NCBI GenBank assembly: GCA_963716725.1
Contig: CAVQUB010000005.1
Coordinates: forward strand, 576,001 to 640,000
Direction of reading: 5' to 3'
Length of the DNA stretch: 64,000 bases
Origin: an uncultured delta proteobacterium
GTDB taxonomy: Bacteria; Myxococcota_A; Polyangia; Polyangiales; Polyangiaceae
The position numbers and the translations under genes are program-made. Below, one piece after another: positions 53,389 to 62,487 of the stretch. The notes below the pieces were generated by a model. The model saw nothing but the letters and a program-made list of their open reading frames with translations, was not told the DNA's origin and ran no database searches. Every line of letters begins with the position of its first letter. Within the stretch, counting starts at the first letter, position 1.

Positions 53389-56376
53389 TCAGGGCGTAAG
53401 ATCCACCAACTCGACGCCGTAGGGGCCCTGGGGCATCACCAGCGTGTCGCCGATCACCGTCGAGGGGTAGCTCGAGTACCAATACGACTGGCTCTGCGTC
53501 GACACCGTGCTGATCGACGGCGCGGCCGGGTTCTTGGCGTCGATCACCATCACCCGAGTTGGCGCGCTGATCGCGATGGCGCGCGTGCCGTCCGAGATGA
53601 GCTCGTTGACGTAGCTGGACTCGTTGTCGGGGGGAACTTCGACGCTGCCCACCTGGATCTTGCCGGCGCCGAAGCCGCTCACGACCAGGACCTGCCTCGA
53701 GTTCGAGGGGATGGTGGTGGCGCTCATGAACAAGCGATCGGTCCCAGGCTCGATTTGAGACAGATAGAGCGTGTCGCCCAGCGGGTGGGTGTCGAGCACG
53801 CTGGCGGTCGCGCCGCCGAGCTGCACCAACGAGAGCGCGCGGTGGTAGCCGATGCACGTGCCGCCTTCGTCCCAGTATTCGCCGTACGACTGGTTCACGG
53901 GCACGAACTCGGCGGAATAGCCCCACTTCTCGTGGCAGGCCGAGTAGTCGAGCTTCTGCACCACCTTCTGGTAGGTGACGGTCAGCGCGCGCTTGCCGGT
54001 GACGTCGACGACGAGCAGCGAGCCCGGGACGTTGGTCGATGAGAGCTTGGGCGCGGCCGGGTTGGTCAGGCTCACGCGATCGACATAGAAGCGGACCTTC
54101 GAGGGATTCGTGGGCGAGGGTGCCCAGTGGCTGAACAGGGCGTCGCCTCCCGCCGCGACGAGCCCAGTGGCGCCGAGCGCGTTGGAGAACGGTAGCTTGG
54201 TGTGCTTCGGGCTCTTGGGATTCGAGAGATTGACGACGTCCAGGGAATACGAAAGGTTGTACTTCTGGTCAGCGGGCTTCCACTCGACCATGCGCCGCAG
54301 CGCGACCAGCGTGCTCCCGATCTGAACCGTGGGCTCGCCCGCGTCCAGGATGGTGGCCCCGCCGTAGTAGCCGGAATACCCGTAACCGTAGGGGGAGTTC
54401 GAGCCCAAGGCCGGGAGTGTCAGTTTGCCTTCGAGCACGGGCGCCCCGCTCGACACGTCGAACACCGCGATGCGCCGCTCGTCATGCCCAGCAACCACGT
54501 ACACCCGGCTGCCGTGCGCGAAGAGGTTGACGTTGTTGTAGCTCCAGTAGCCGTACCAGCACTTGGACTCCTCCGCCGAGCCCAGCACGGCCTCGATATT
54601 CACGGCGTTCGACCCTGGAGCGTCGATGGCCGAGAGCGGGACGACGTCCAACACCGTGCGAGACGTGTACCAGTCGGAGCCGATGCGAGCGACCTTGTCC
54701 CCGACCGCCACGACCTTGGTGACCACGGTGGCGAGCGCGAGGTTCGCCTTGGCCTTCGGCGCGTCTTGATTGGAGATGTCGAAGGTCTCGACCGCGACGT
54801 CGGAGATGGAGAAGAGCCGTGAGTCGTGCAGCAAGGCGCGCCGAGCGGTGCCTCGCGACGGAGCGGTGCCTCGCTTCGTCAGGTCGTCCTTGGTGAAGTT
54901 CACGATCTGGATGCCGCTGGTCCAGGTCCCGCAGCCGTAGCTCTGGGCCGAGTCGTAGCTCCAGCCGCTGAACGGCACGAAAATCAGGCCGAGCGAGTCG
55001 AGGATGGTAAAGGCCTTGTGGATTCGGTCTTGGTCCTCGGCGAAGTTGCCCCAGTCGCCGCCAAAGTCCACGCGATCGAGGAGCTTGGGCTGGGTGGCGT
55101 CGGCGACGTCGAAGAGCGAGACGTTGAGCGCGCCGCCCTTCTTGTCCGGGTCGAAACCCAAGCCGAGCAGCCGATCGCCGCGAGGTTCCAGGTGGTAGAC
55201 CCAACCGGGCATCACCAGCTCGCCGACCTGCTTCGGGGCTTTCGGGTCGGCCAGGTCGATGACAAACAGCGGATCAGTCTGGCGGAAGGTGATGGCGTAG
55301 CCGCGGTCTCCGTCGAAGCGCACGGAGCGCAGGCGCTCCGGCTCCGGCAGAACCATGGGCAGGCTGGCCAGCGGCTGGAGCTCTTGCGACGATACGACCT
55401 TGAAGGTCTGCACCACCGGCGAATCGGCCGTCGACCACCAGCCCGGCTGGCTGATCACTCGCAGCACACCGTCCTTCTCGTCCATCTGCCAGCGGCTCTC
55501 GATGCTGCCGGTGACCGGGACGCTGGCGCCCTTGAGCATCTTGCCCGACGGATCGGAGATGTCGACGATCTGAATCGTCGAGCCCTGCGCGCCGGACCCA
55601 TCGCGCCCGGCGACGTACAGGCGATCTTGAGTCGCCAGCACGCTACGCCGACCCCAACCGTAGTCAGCACCGCTGCTGTCGAACGCGAGCTCTCCGACCT
55701 TGGCGACCTTGGCCGGCACCTTCACGTCGAGCGAAAGCACGTTGGTGCGCTCGTTGGTGGCGCAGTTCCAGCACGAGCCGTTCTCGTAGGATACGACATA
55801 CAGAATGTTGCCGACGATGCGCGAGTCGCTGATCTGTCCCGGCAGGAGGAACTCGCCGAGCTTGGAGATCTTTGCCGGGTCCTTGACGTCGAGCGCAACG
55901 ACTGCGCTCGAGTGTACCCACTGCCACGAGTTGCCCGAGCCCACGTAGTGCCCGAACGACGAGTACATCGCGAAGGCGACGCCGTCCTTGACGTACATCT
56001 CGAAGGGCTCTCCCGAGAGCTCGAAGCGCCCCAGGAGCTTCAGTTGGTCCTTTACCGAGACATCGACCACGCTCAGCCCGCCGTACTTGGACAGGGCATA
56101 GAGGCGATTGCCTTGGAGCTGGATGATGTCGGCTTCTTCGATGGCTTTCTCGGCACCGCCGCTGCCCCCGCCACCGCCCGAACCGCCGGTAGCGGACCCG
56201 CCCGAGCCCCCGGCGGAGAGCCCGCCGCCGGTACCGTTGCCGTCGTAGCCCGCGCTCCCGAAACCGGGGGCGTCGGAGTCGAAGTAGCCCGAGGCGCCGA
56301 ACTCCTCGCCGTCGCTGCAGCCGAAGAACACGCCCGCAATCAATGCGCCCAATAGAAACAGCCATCGGGGGGTCAT
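53389..56376 (-). CDS. Beta-propeller-domain lipoprotein
   Basis: Lipobox FFGC, IEEADI, SVRFDGDRGYAITFRQTDPLFVIDLADP, LNVSLFDV. Confidence 0.88.
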   Translation of the reverse strand: MTPRWLFLLGALIAGVFFGCSDGEEFGASGYFDSDAPGFGSAGYDGNGTGGGLSAGGSGGSATGGSGGGGGSGGAEKAIEEADIIQLQGNRLYALSKYGGLSVVDVSVKDQLKLLGRFELSGEPFEMYVKDGVAFAMYSSFGHYVGSGNSWQWVHSSAVVALDVKDPAKISKLGEFLLPGQISDSRIVGNILYVVSYENGSCWNCATNERTNVLSLDVKVPAKVAKVGELAFDSSGADYGWGRRSVLATQDRLYVAGRDGSGAQGSTIQIVDISDPSGKMLKGASVPVTGSIESRWQMDEKDGVLRVISQPGWWSTADSPVVQTFKVVSSQELQPLASLPMVLPEPERLRSVRFDGDRGYAITFRQTDPLFVIDLADPKAPKQVGELVMPGWVYHLEPRGDRLLGLGFDPDKKGGALNVSLFDVADATQPKLLDRVDFGGDWGNFAEDQDRIHKAFTILDSLGLIFVPFSGWSYDSAQSYGCGTWTSGIQIVNFTKDDLTKRGTAPSRGTARRALLHDSRLFSISDVAVETFDISNQDAPKAKANLALATVVTKVVAVGDKVARIGSDWYTSRTVLDVVPLSAIDAPGSNAVNIEAVLGSAEESKCWYGYWSYNNVNLFAHGSRVYVVAGHDERRIAVFDVSSGAPVLEGKLTLPALGSNSPYGYGYSGYYGGATILDAGEPTVQIGSTLVALRRMVEWKPADQKYNLSYSLDVVNLSNPKSPKHTKLPFSNALGATGLVAAGGDALFSHWAPSPTNPSKVRFYVDRVSLTNPAAPKLSSTNVPGSLLVVDVTGKRALTVTYQKVVQKLDYSACHEKWGYSAEFVPVNQSYGEYWDEGGTCIGYHRALSLVQLGGATASVLDTHPLGDTLYLSQIEPGTDRLFMSATTIPSNSRQVLVVSGFGAGKIQVGSVEVPPDNESSYVNELISDGTRAIAISAPTRVMVIDAKNPAAPSISTVSTQSQSYWYSSYPSTVIGDTLVMPQGPYGVELVDLTP

Positions 56377-56389
56377 GACGGGTGGCACT

Positions 56390-56405
56390 AGCAACCTGCG
56401 TGCCC
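56390..56405 (-). promoter_or_regulatory. Candidate sigma54 promoter of the beta-propeller gene
   Basis: Minus strand GGGCAC-GCAGG-TTGCT just upstream of the ATG. Confidence 0.5.
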
Positions 56406-56447
56406 GGCTCGCGTGCCAGGGTGTGCCAGCCCGGGCCCGCGTCGGCG

Positions 56448-57938
56448 TCACAGAACGAAGCGTGAAGCTCGCCCGGCGTCCAGGTTGGTGATGGTCACCG
56501 CGATCACGCCGGCGGCGTCGACTTCGTAACGCTCTTCGACCAGGGGTCCCTCGGAGGTGAGTCGGTTCACCGGCGCCACGGGCAGCGCGTCGGCGTCGAG
56601 CTGGCTGGCAAAGGGGAAGAACACGTCGGCGTGTGGGGTGAGATCGCCCGTGGGGTCACCGCGGTCGTCGACGTGCGCCGACTCGACGAAGCGAAAGTGC
56701 CCGATATCGTGGGCGGCGCGGTAGCGGCGCAGGGCCACGATCGGGTCGGCTCCCTGGGTCGGCATCGGAGTGCCTTTGGTGAACACGGGATCGAAGACCG
56801 ACCGCTGCCCGCGTTCCGCTTCGCGAAAGACTCCGAAGTGTCTGGAGAGGCGCTCACTCAGGCCGAGCGGCTCGGCGCGCTGGTCGTTTGCGGCCAAGAT
56901 CGCGCAGCCGATGGCCGTTGCGGCGGCGGGATGCGGCGAGCGGTGCACGCGGCGACCGAAACGCTCGCGCACCACCCGGTGCACGATGGGCAGCCCGCTG
57001 GCGCCGCCCACCATGTAAATGCCGGCGAGGTCACCGCCGACCTCGTCTCGTGTCAGGGCGTCGACGATGGGGTCGAGGGCCGCGAGCGTCGTCTCGACCA
57101 ACGGGCGGACGCGTTCGTAGTACTCCGCGACGGGGATCACGACCGGATCGGCGGCGCCGAGGTCGACCACGATCTTCTTGGTGTTGGCGTGGATCGACTC
57201 CTTGACGTTGCGACATTCCGCGAGCAAAGCGGGCAGTGCCGGCGAGGCCTTGCCCGAACGCTCGAGGGCGAGGGCGAGCAGTGCGTGATCGAAGTCGTCG
57301 CCTCCCAGCGCTGAGATGCCCGCGGTGAGCGCGACGTCATGATGGCCGCCGGCAATGCGGACCAGCGCTGCGTCGAAGGTACCCCCGCCGAGGTCGTACA
57401 CGATCACGTGTTCGCGGCGCGACGAGAGCGTGTTTGCGTGCCGATGGGCGTATTCGATGCCCGCCGCCGAAGGCTCGTTGATCACCGCGCGCACCGTGAA
57501 TCCGGAGCGCCGAAACGCGTCCAGCGTCACGAAACGCTGGGTCGAATGCGCGTTGGCCGGCACGCTGACCACGACCTCGAGGGGCTCGTGGAGCAGCGAC
57601 GCGATGTTCGACTGCGTGAACAACTCATGGCGAAGTGCCGACAGGAATCCCGTCACGAGCTCTGCGGGGCAGACACTGACCGATCCGATCTGGATCGCGG
57701 CGTCTTGGCGCGTGTTCGCCAGGAGCCGCTTCCACGAGCGCAGGCTGGGGGCGCCGTCGCGCTCGGCACTCTCGGCCTCGAGCCCGTGCACCAGCCGTCC
57801 GCCAACCTCGGCGCTGATGGTCGGAAAATGCTCCACCAGATCGCCGTCCGGAGTCGTGAAGGCGACGTTGGGGTAGTTGCCACGGTCGTGAAAGGCCACG
57901 AGGGTCCGAGTCGTGCCGAGATCGATGCCCAAGCGCAT
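56448..57938 (-). CDS. Atypical Hsp70-family protein
   Basis: MRLGIDLGTT, VSVPA, NEPSAA, YDLGGGTFD, GGDDFD, VGGASGLP; short C-terminus. Confidence 0.9.
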   Translation of the reverse strand: MRLGIDLGTTRTLVAFHDRGNYPNVAFTTPDGDLVEHFPTISAEVGGRLVHGLEAESAERDGAPSLRSWKRLLANTRQDAAIQIGSVSVCPAELVTGFLSALRHELFTQSNIASLLHEPLEVVVSVPANAHSTQRFVTLDAFRRSGFTVRAVINEPSAAGIEYAHRHANTLSSRREHVIVYDLGGGTFDAALVRIAGGHHDVALTAGISALGGDDFDHALLALALERSGKASPALPALLAECRNVKESIHANTKKIVVDLGAADPVVIPVAEYYERVRPLVETTLAALDPIVDALTRDEVGGDLAGIYMVGGASGLPIVHRVVRERFGRRVHRSPHPAAATAIGCAILAANDQRAEPLGLSERLSRHFGVFREAERGQRSVFDPVFTKGTPMPTQGADPIVALRRYRAAHDIGHFRFVESAHVDDRGDPTGDLTPHADVFFPFASQLDADALPVAPVNRLTSEGPLVEERYEVDAAGVIAVTITNLDAGRASRFVL

Positions 57939-57990
57939 GCGGGCGGAAGATACCTCGACTCGGCGCCTCGGGAAGGTAGGCTCGCGCCCA

Positions 57991-58734
57991 ATGGTCCGTT
58001 TCAGGGGTAAGGTCGCGCTGGTCACGGGCGCCTCCACGGGCATCGGCCGGGCTATCGCGACGATGCTCGCCGAAAGCGGCATGCGCCTGGCGGTGTGCGC
58101 GCGGCGCCTCGACCGCCTGGAGCAGGTCGCGGCGGAGGTGCCCGGCGCCGAGTGGCTGTGCCGGGCGACGGAGCTCCGCGACGAGGCCAGCATCCTCCAG
58201 CTCTTCGGCGCCGTGCGTGAACGTTGGGGGGGAGTGGACGTGCTGGTCAACAACGCCGGGCTCGGCCACGACTCGCCGCTGATGAGCGGGAGCACCGATC
58301 ACTGGCGCGAGACCCTAGAGGTCAACGTGCTCGCGCTCTCGGTGTGCACCCGCGAAGCCGTCGCCGACATGCGCCGCCGCGGCGACGACGGTCACGTGGT
58401 GCACGTCTCGAGCATGGCTGCGCACCGAGTCCCGCCTGGCAGCGGCATGTACTCCGCGTCGAAGTACGCCGTGCGTGCCTTGACCGAGGCGCTCCGGCAA
58501 GAGCTCCGGGCAGCCGGGAGTCAGATCCGAGTCGGCGCAGTGAGCCCGGGTTTCGTGGAGACCGAGTTCGCCGCGCGCTACTCGAAGAGCGACGAAGCGG
58601 CCCGGGAGACCTACGGGCAATTCAAGGTCCTCGAGCCCGGCGACGTTGCCGAGGCCGTGAAGTACCTCTTGTCCACCCCCCAGCATGTACAAGTCCACGA
58701 CATCCTGATGCGGCCGCGCGATCAGCCGACCTGA
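57991..58734 (+). CDS. SDR oxidoreductase (DHRS11-like)
   Basis: TGASTGIG, NNAG, YSASK, HVQVHDI. Confidence 0.93.
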   Translation: MVRFRGKVALVTGASTGIGRAIATMLAESGMRLAVCARRLDRLEQVAAEVPGAEWLCRATELRDEASILQLFGAVRERWGGVDVLVNNAGLGHDSPLMSGSTDHWRETLEVNVLALSVCTREAVADMRRRGDDGHVVHVSSMAAHRVPPGSGMYSASKYAVRALTEALRQELRAAGSQIRVGAVSPGFVETEFAARYSKSDEAARETYGQFKVLEPGDVAEAVKYLLSTPQHVQVHDILMRPRDQPT

Positions 58735-58776
58735 CCGCCCGGCGCCGTGATATTCCCGGAGCAGGAGGGTTCCCCC

Positions 58777-59145
58777 ATGAAGGTCTCGCGTCTCGTTCTC
58801 GCTCCGCTCCCGGTAGTCGTCGTCGCGCTGGCGCTATTGGCCTGCAAGAAAGCAGGTGGCAGTACGGCTGAGGTCAAGGGCAGTTGTGACATGCGAAGCG
58901 CCGCGAGCGGCAGCAGCTCGATCTGCATCGACTTTCATACCGAGCCCAACGAGAAGGTGAAGTCCATCTGCTCGCCCGCGAGCGGCTACGTGCTCTCGAC
59001 GGCGCGCTGCGACACGTCGACGGCGCTCGGTGGGTGCCAGAAGGGCAAGCTCACCAACTGGTACTACAGCTCCAGCAAGCACACGTCGGCGGACGATGTG
59101 AAGAGCGAGTGCTCCGACAGCTTCGTGGCGCCCGGCGCGAAGTAG
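58777..59145 (+). CDS. Small Cys-rich lipoprotein
   Basis: AGGAGG RBS, lipobox LLAC, six further Cys. Confidence 0.75.
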   Translation: MKVSRLVLAPLPVVVVALALLACKKAGGSTAEVKGSCDMRSAASGSSSICIDFHTEPNEKVKSICSPASGYVLSTARCDTSTALGGCQKGKLTNWYYSSSKHTSADDVKSECSDSFVAPGAK

Positions 59146-59241
59146 TCGCAGCGCACCCACGGCCGTTGCCGGCCGATTTCCTTCAGATTTGCTGATAGTC
59201 CGCGGGCGTCGTGCTAGAGGACGCGGGTGGCTGCACGACGA

Positions 59242-59622
59242 ATGAACCGGCCGCTCAGCGAAGCGGCGCAACGGGCTGCGGAGCGGCGGCAGCGGGAAGA
59301 CGAATCCCCTCGCATTCACGAGGTCTTGCCCCGGCTCGCGAGCTTGCGGCTCGAGATCGACGAGAGAACCGCGGGTGGAGGCCAGGCCGGCGCGTCTCAC
59401 ATCCGGCGCATCGTAGTCGAGCACGCCCCGGCGTTGTTCTTGGTGGCTTGCGGTGACTCGGCCTGTCGCGACGGCGGCCACGACATCACCACCTCGGTGA
59501 TGGGGGCCCTGCGACGCGGCGAGACCCGATTCGAGGGGGACGATGCCTGTCACGGGGCCCTCGGACCCGGCCACTGCTCGCGGACGCTGCACTGGACTGG
59601 CGTGGCCACCTTCAACGCGTGA
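59242..59622 (+). CDS. Small hypothetical protein, possible Zn binder
   Basis: CGDSACRDGGHD...CHG...CSR. Confidence 0.7.
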   Translation: MNRPLSEAAQRAAERRQREDESPRIHEVLPRLASLRLEIDERTAGGGQAGASHIRRIVVEHAPALFLVACGDSACRDGGHDITTSVMGALRRGETRFEGDDACHGALGPGHCSRTLHWTGVATFNA

Positions 59623-60433
59623 TTTCGAGCTCGCTCTCGAGCTTCTTCACCATCAGCCGCTCGTAGAGCCGCGGAGCCACCCGCGACAGCACGAACGCGA
59701 GCTTGCCCACTGGGGTGTGGACCAGCAGGCGTCGGCGTCGGCGTGCTGCGTCGAAGATGGCGCCCGCGACGTCATCGGGAGAGGCCTCCACGCCCACCCG
59801 CGAGCGCCCGCGGGTCACGCGGCCGCCGATGCCATCGAAGGCGCGCTGCTCGAAGGCCGAGCGCGTGAACGACGGGCAGACCATCAGCACGTCGACGCCC
59901 TCGCCTCCGAGCTCGGAGCGCAGCGACTCGAACAAGCCGTGCAGGGCGTGCTTGCTCGCCGAGTAGCCGCTGCGGCCGTAGAGCGGCGCGACACCGGCCA
60001 CACTGGACACGACGATCACCAGCCCCTGGCTGGCGACGAGCGGCTCGATCAGCGCCTTGGTAACCTGAAGCGAGCCGAAATAGTTCACCTCCATCACACG
60101 TCGAAATACCTCGACCGAGGTGTCTCGGAACGCGGAGCGATGCACGACGCCGGCGTTGTTGACCAATACATCGACTCGACCGAAGCGTTCCAGTGCCGAG
60201 CGAGCGGCCAGTTCGCAGTCGTCCAGGCTGGTGATGTCGCAGCGCTGGGTGAGCACTGCGGCGGGAGAAAGCAAGCCGGCCGTCTGCTCGAGACCGGCCG
60301 CGTCGACGTCGAGCGCGACGATGCACGCTCCCGCTTTGGAGAAGCGCTGGGCGATGGCGCGGCCGATGCCGCCGGCGGCACCGGTGATCACGACCACGCT
60401 TCCGTTGAAGTTGCGGGGGAGCATGGTTCGCAT
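59612..60433 (-). CDS. SDR oxidoreductase
   Basis: TGAAGGIG, NNAG, VNYFG, YSASKHAL. Confidence 0.92.
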   Translation of the reverse strand: MRTMLPRNFNGSVVVITGAAGGIGRAIAQRFSKAGACIVALDVDAAGLEQTAGLLSPAAVLTQRCDITSLDDCELAARSALERFGRVDVLVNNAGVVHRSAFRDTSVEVFRRVMEVNYFGSLQVTKALIEPLVASQGLVIVVSSVAGVAPLYGRSGYSASKHALHGLFESLRSELGGEGVDVLMVCPSFTRSAFEQRAFDGIGGRVTRGRSRVGVEASPDDVAGAIFDAARRRRRLLVHTPVGKLAFVLSRVAPRLYERLMVKKLESELEITR

Positions 60434-60483
60434 CGGGCGCTGCACGATAGCCTCGGTCCCCGGCCTTCCGCTAGGCTCGCGCG

Positions 60484-62478
60484 GTGCGAAGCTATCTGTT
60501 GCTAGCCGTGGCGCTGGCGGGGTGTCGCGACAAATCCCCGCCAACACCGGCTCCGGCGGCGTCTGCGGCGGCGCCCGCAGTGTCCGCTCTCGCCCCCGAC
60601 ACGGTCTCGGCCGCCACCGAAGTCGCCTACGACGCCGGCCCGAGCGGGCTGGGCGGCGAGCAGGTCGACGGAGCGGCCCTCCGCAAGCGCCACGTCGAGC
60701 GACTGAAGCAAGACAAGAGCGCTGTGACGGTGCTCAGGGGCAAGACCCCGCGCGAGTTGGGTGAGGCGATCTGCGAGCGCGTGATGCCGCGCCGGCCCAA
60801 GGCCACGCCCATCTTGCTCAAGCCCAACCTGTGCGGCTTCGACGGAATCGTGGACCCCGCGAAGCGCAAAGGTGACGACGGCATGGTCGGTCGCACCACC
60901 GACGTCGATTTCACGCGTGGCGTGGTGCGCTGCTTGAAGAAGCGCGGGCACACCGCCATCACCATCGCGGAAGGCTGTGGCATCTCCCACGAACATTGGA
61001 AGCGCGTCGCTGCGTTGACCGGCTACGAGAGCATGGCCAAGGAAGAAGGCGTCAAGCTCGTAGCGATGGACGACGATGGCGTCTACGACGTCCAGGGCGA
61101 TCGCCCCGGGCTGCCGCTTCGGATCAAAGGCATCGCGAACTCGCGGGTGCCGACCCTGCTGATGCCCAAGATCCTGGCCGAACACCTGGACCACGGCCTC
61201 TTCGTGTCGCTGCCGAAGGTCAAGGCTCATCGCTTCTCGGTCACGTCGATGGCCATCAAGGGCATGCAGGGCACGGTCATGCTCAGCGACGCGCTGCCCG
61301 CCTACAGGCAGAAGTTCCGTACCCACCGCGAGCTCAACGAGCAGATCAAGGCCAAGAAGGCAGCGAAGGCTGCCGACGCAGCGCCGCCGGACCCCGCCGA
61401 GGCGCGGCGGGCGCACGTCGCCGCGCTCTTGGCGTTTGCAGAGCGCATGGCCGACGTGCTGGAGATCTCCACTCCCGACGTGGTGCTGGCCGAAGCGGCG
61501 CCGGCCATGGGCGGCGACGGGTTCTGGCAGCTCTACCCAAGCGAAGAGCTGGTCGCCATCGGAGGAACGAACCCCGTCAGCGTCGATGGCGTGGGCGCCG
61601 AATTGTTGGGGCTTTGGGACAACGCGCGGCTCGCCAATGAGCTGGGTGGCCACCGGACCTCGCCGCTGATCACCGTCGCTGCCAAGCGCTACGGGCTCGA
61701 TCTGAAGACCGTGCCCATCGAGGGCGACGCCGCGGGCCTCTTGGAAGCGCCGCGACCGTTCCACTTCCGATCCATGGCCGGGTTCGAGCTGCACTCGTCG
61801 CCCGAGGCGCCGTGGTCACCCGTAGCGCGGAGCGCGCCGCCGCCGGTTGTCGTCGCGGCCCGCGAGCTGCACGCCGCCTCGGTTGAAAGCGATTCCGTGG
61901 TCATCGACGGCAAGGCCGATGACGCGGTCTGGGCCCGCGCGCGAGCCGTCAATTGGGATACGGATTGGTCCGGGGCCCCGACTGGAATCACGACGCGCGC
62001 GCGCTTCGCGTGGTCGAAGGCCGGGCTCTACGCGCTCTTCGAGCTGGAAGGCGCGGGGCTCCACGTGGACCGCGCGCGGCCGGTGGACCAGGAACGCGAC
62101 AAGCTCTATCAAGAGGACTGCGTCGAGATATTCTTGGGCCACGACGCGGCCAACCCGAAGCACTACGCCGAGATCGAGATCGGGCCCTTCGGGCACTGGT
62201 TCGACCTGGATGTTCGTCCCGGCGCGAGTGACGTTGGCTGGTCGAGCGGGCTCGTGATCGGCACCACGCGCGACGCGAGCGCGCGACGCGTCACCATCGA
62301 GGCCAAGATCACCGCCAAGGAGATGGTTGCGTTGCTGCGCCCGGGCGCGCGCATTCCGCTGGGCCTCTACCGCATGGAGGGCGCCGCCCCACGCAAGTAC
62401 CTGGCGTGGAGCCCCACCCTGACGCGAAAGCCCAACTTCCACGTGCCGGATCGCTTCGGCGTCCTGGTGGTGGACTGA
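60484..62478 (+). CDS. Lipoprotein with DUF362 domain fused to a CBM9-like (DOMON-like) domain
   Basis: Lipobox LAGC; LLKPN, LPKVKAH, AIKG, NPVSVD; C-terminal IDGKADD.VW, DCVEIFL, FHVPDRFG. Confidence 0.8.
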   Translation: MRSYLLLAVALAGCRDKSPPTPAPAASAAAPAVSALAPDTVSAATEVAYDAGPSGLGGEQVDGAALRKRHVERLKQDKSAVTVLRGKTPRELGEAICERVMPRRPKATPILLKPNLCGFDGIVDPAKRKGDDGMVGRTTDVDFTRGVVRCLKKRGHTAITIAEGCGISHEHWKRVAALTGYESMAKEEGVKLVAMDDDGVYDVQGDRPGLPLRIKGIANSRVPTLLMPKILAEHLDHGLFVSLPKVKAHRFSVTSMAIKGMQGTVMLSDALPAYRQKFRTHRELNEQIKAKKAAKAADAAPPDPAEARRAHVAALLAFAERMADVLEISTPDVVLAEAAPAMGGDGFWQLYPSEELVAIGGTNPVSVDGVGAELLGLWDNARLANELGGHRTSPLITVAAKRYGLDLKTVPIEGDAAGLLEAPRPFHFRSMAGFELHSSPEAPWSPVARSAPPPVVVAARELHAASVESDSVVIDGKADDAVWARARAVNWDTDWSGAPTGITTRARFAWSKAGLYALFELEGAGLHVDRARPVDQERDKLYQEDCVEIFLGHDAANPKHYAEIEIGPFGHWFDLDVRPGASDVGWSSGLVIGTTRDASARRVTIEAKITAKEMVALLRPGARIPLGLYRMEGAAPRKYLAWSPTLTRKPNFHVPDRFGVLVVD

Positions 62479-62487
62479 GCGTGGCCC

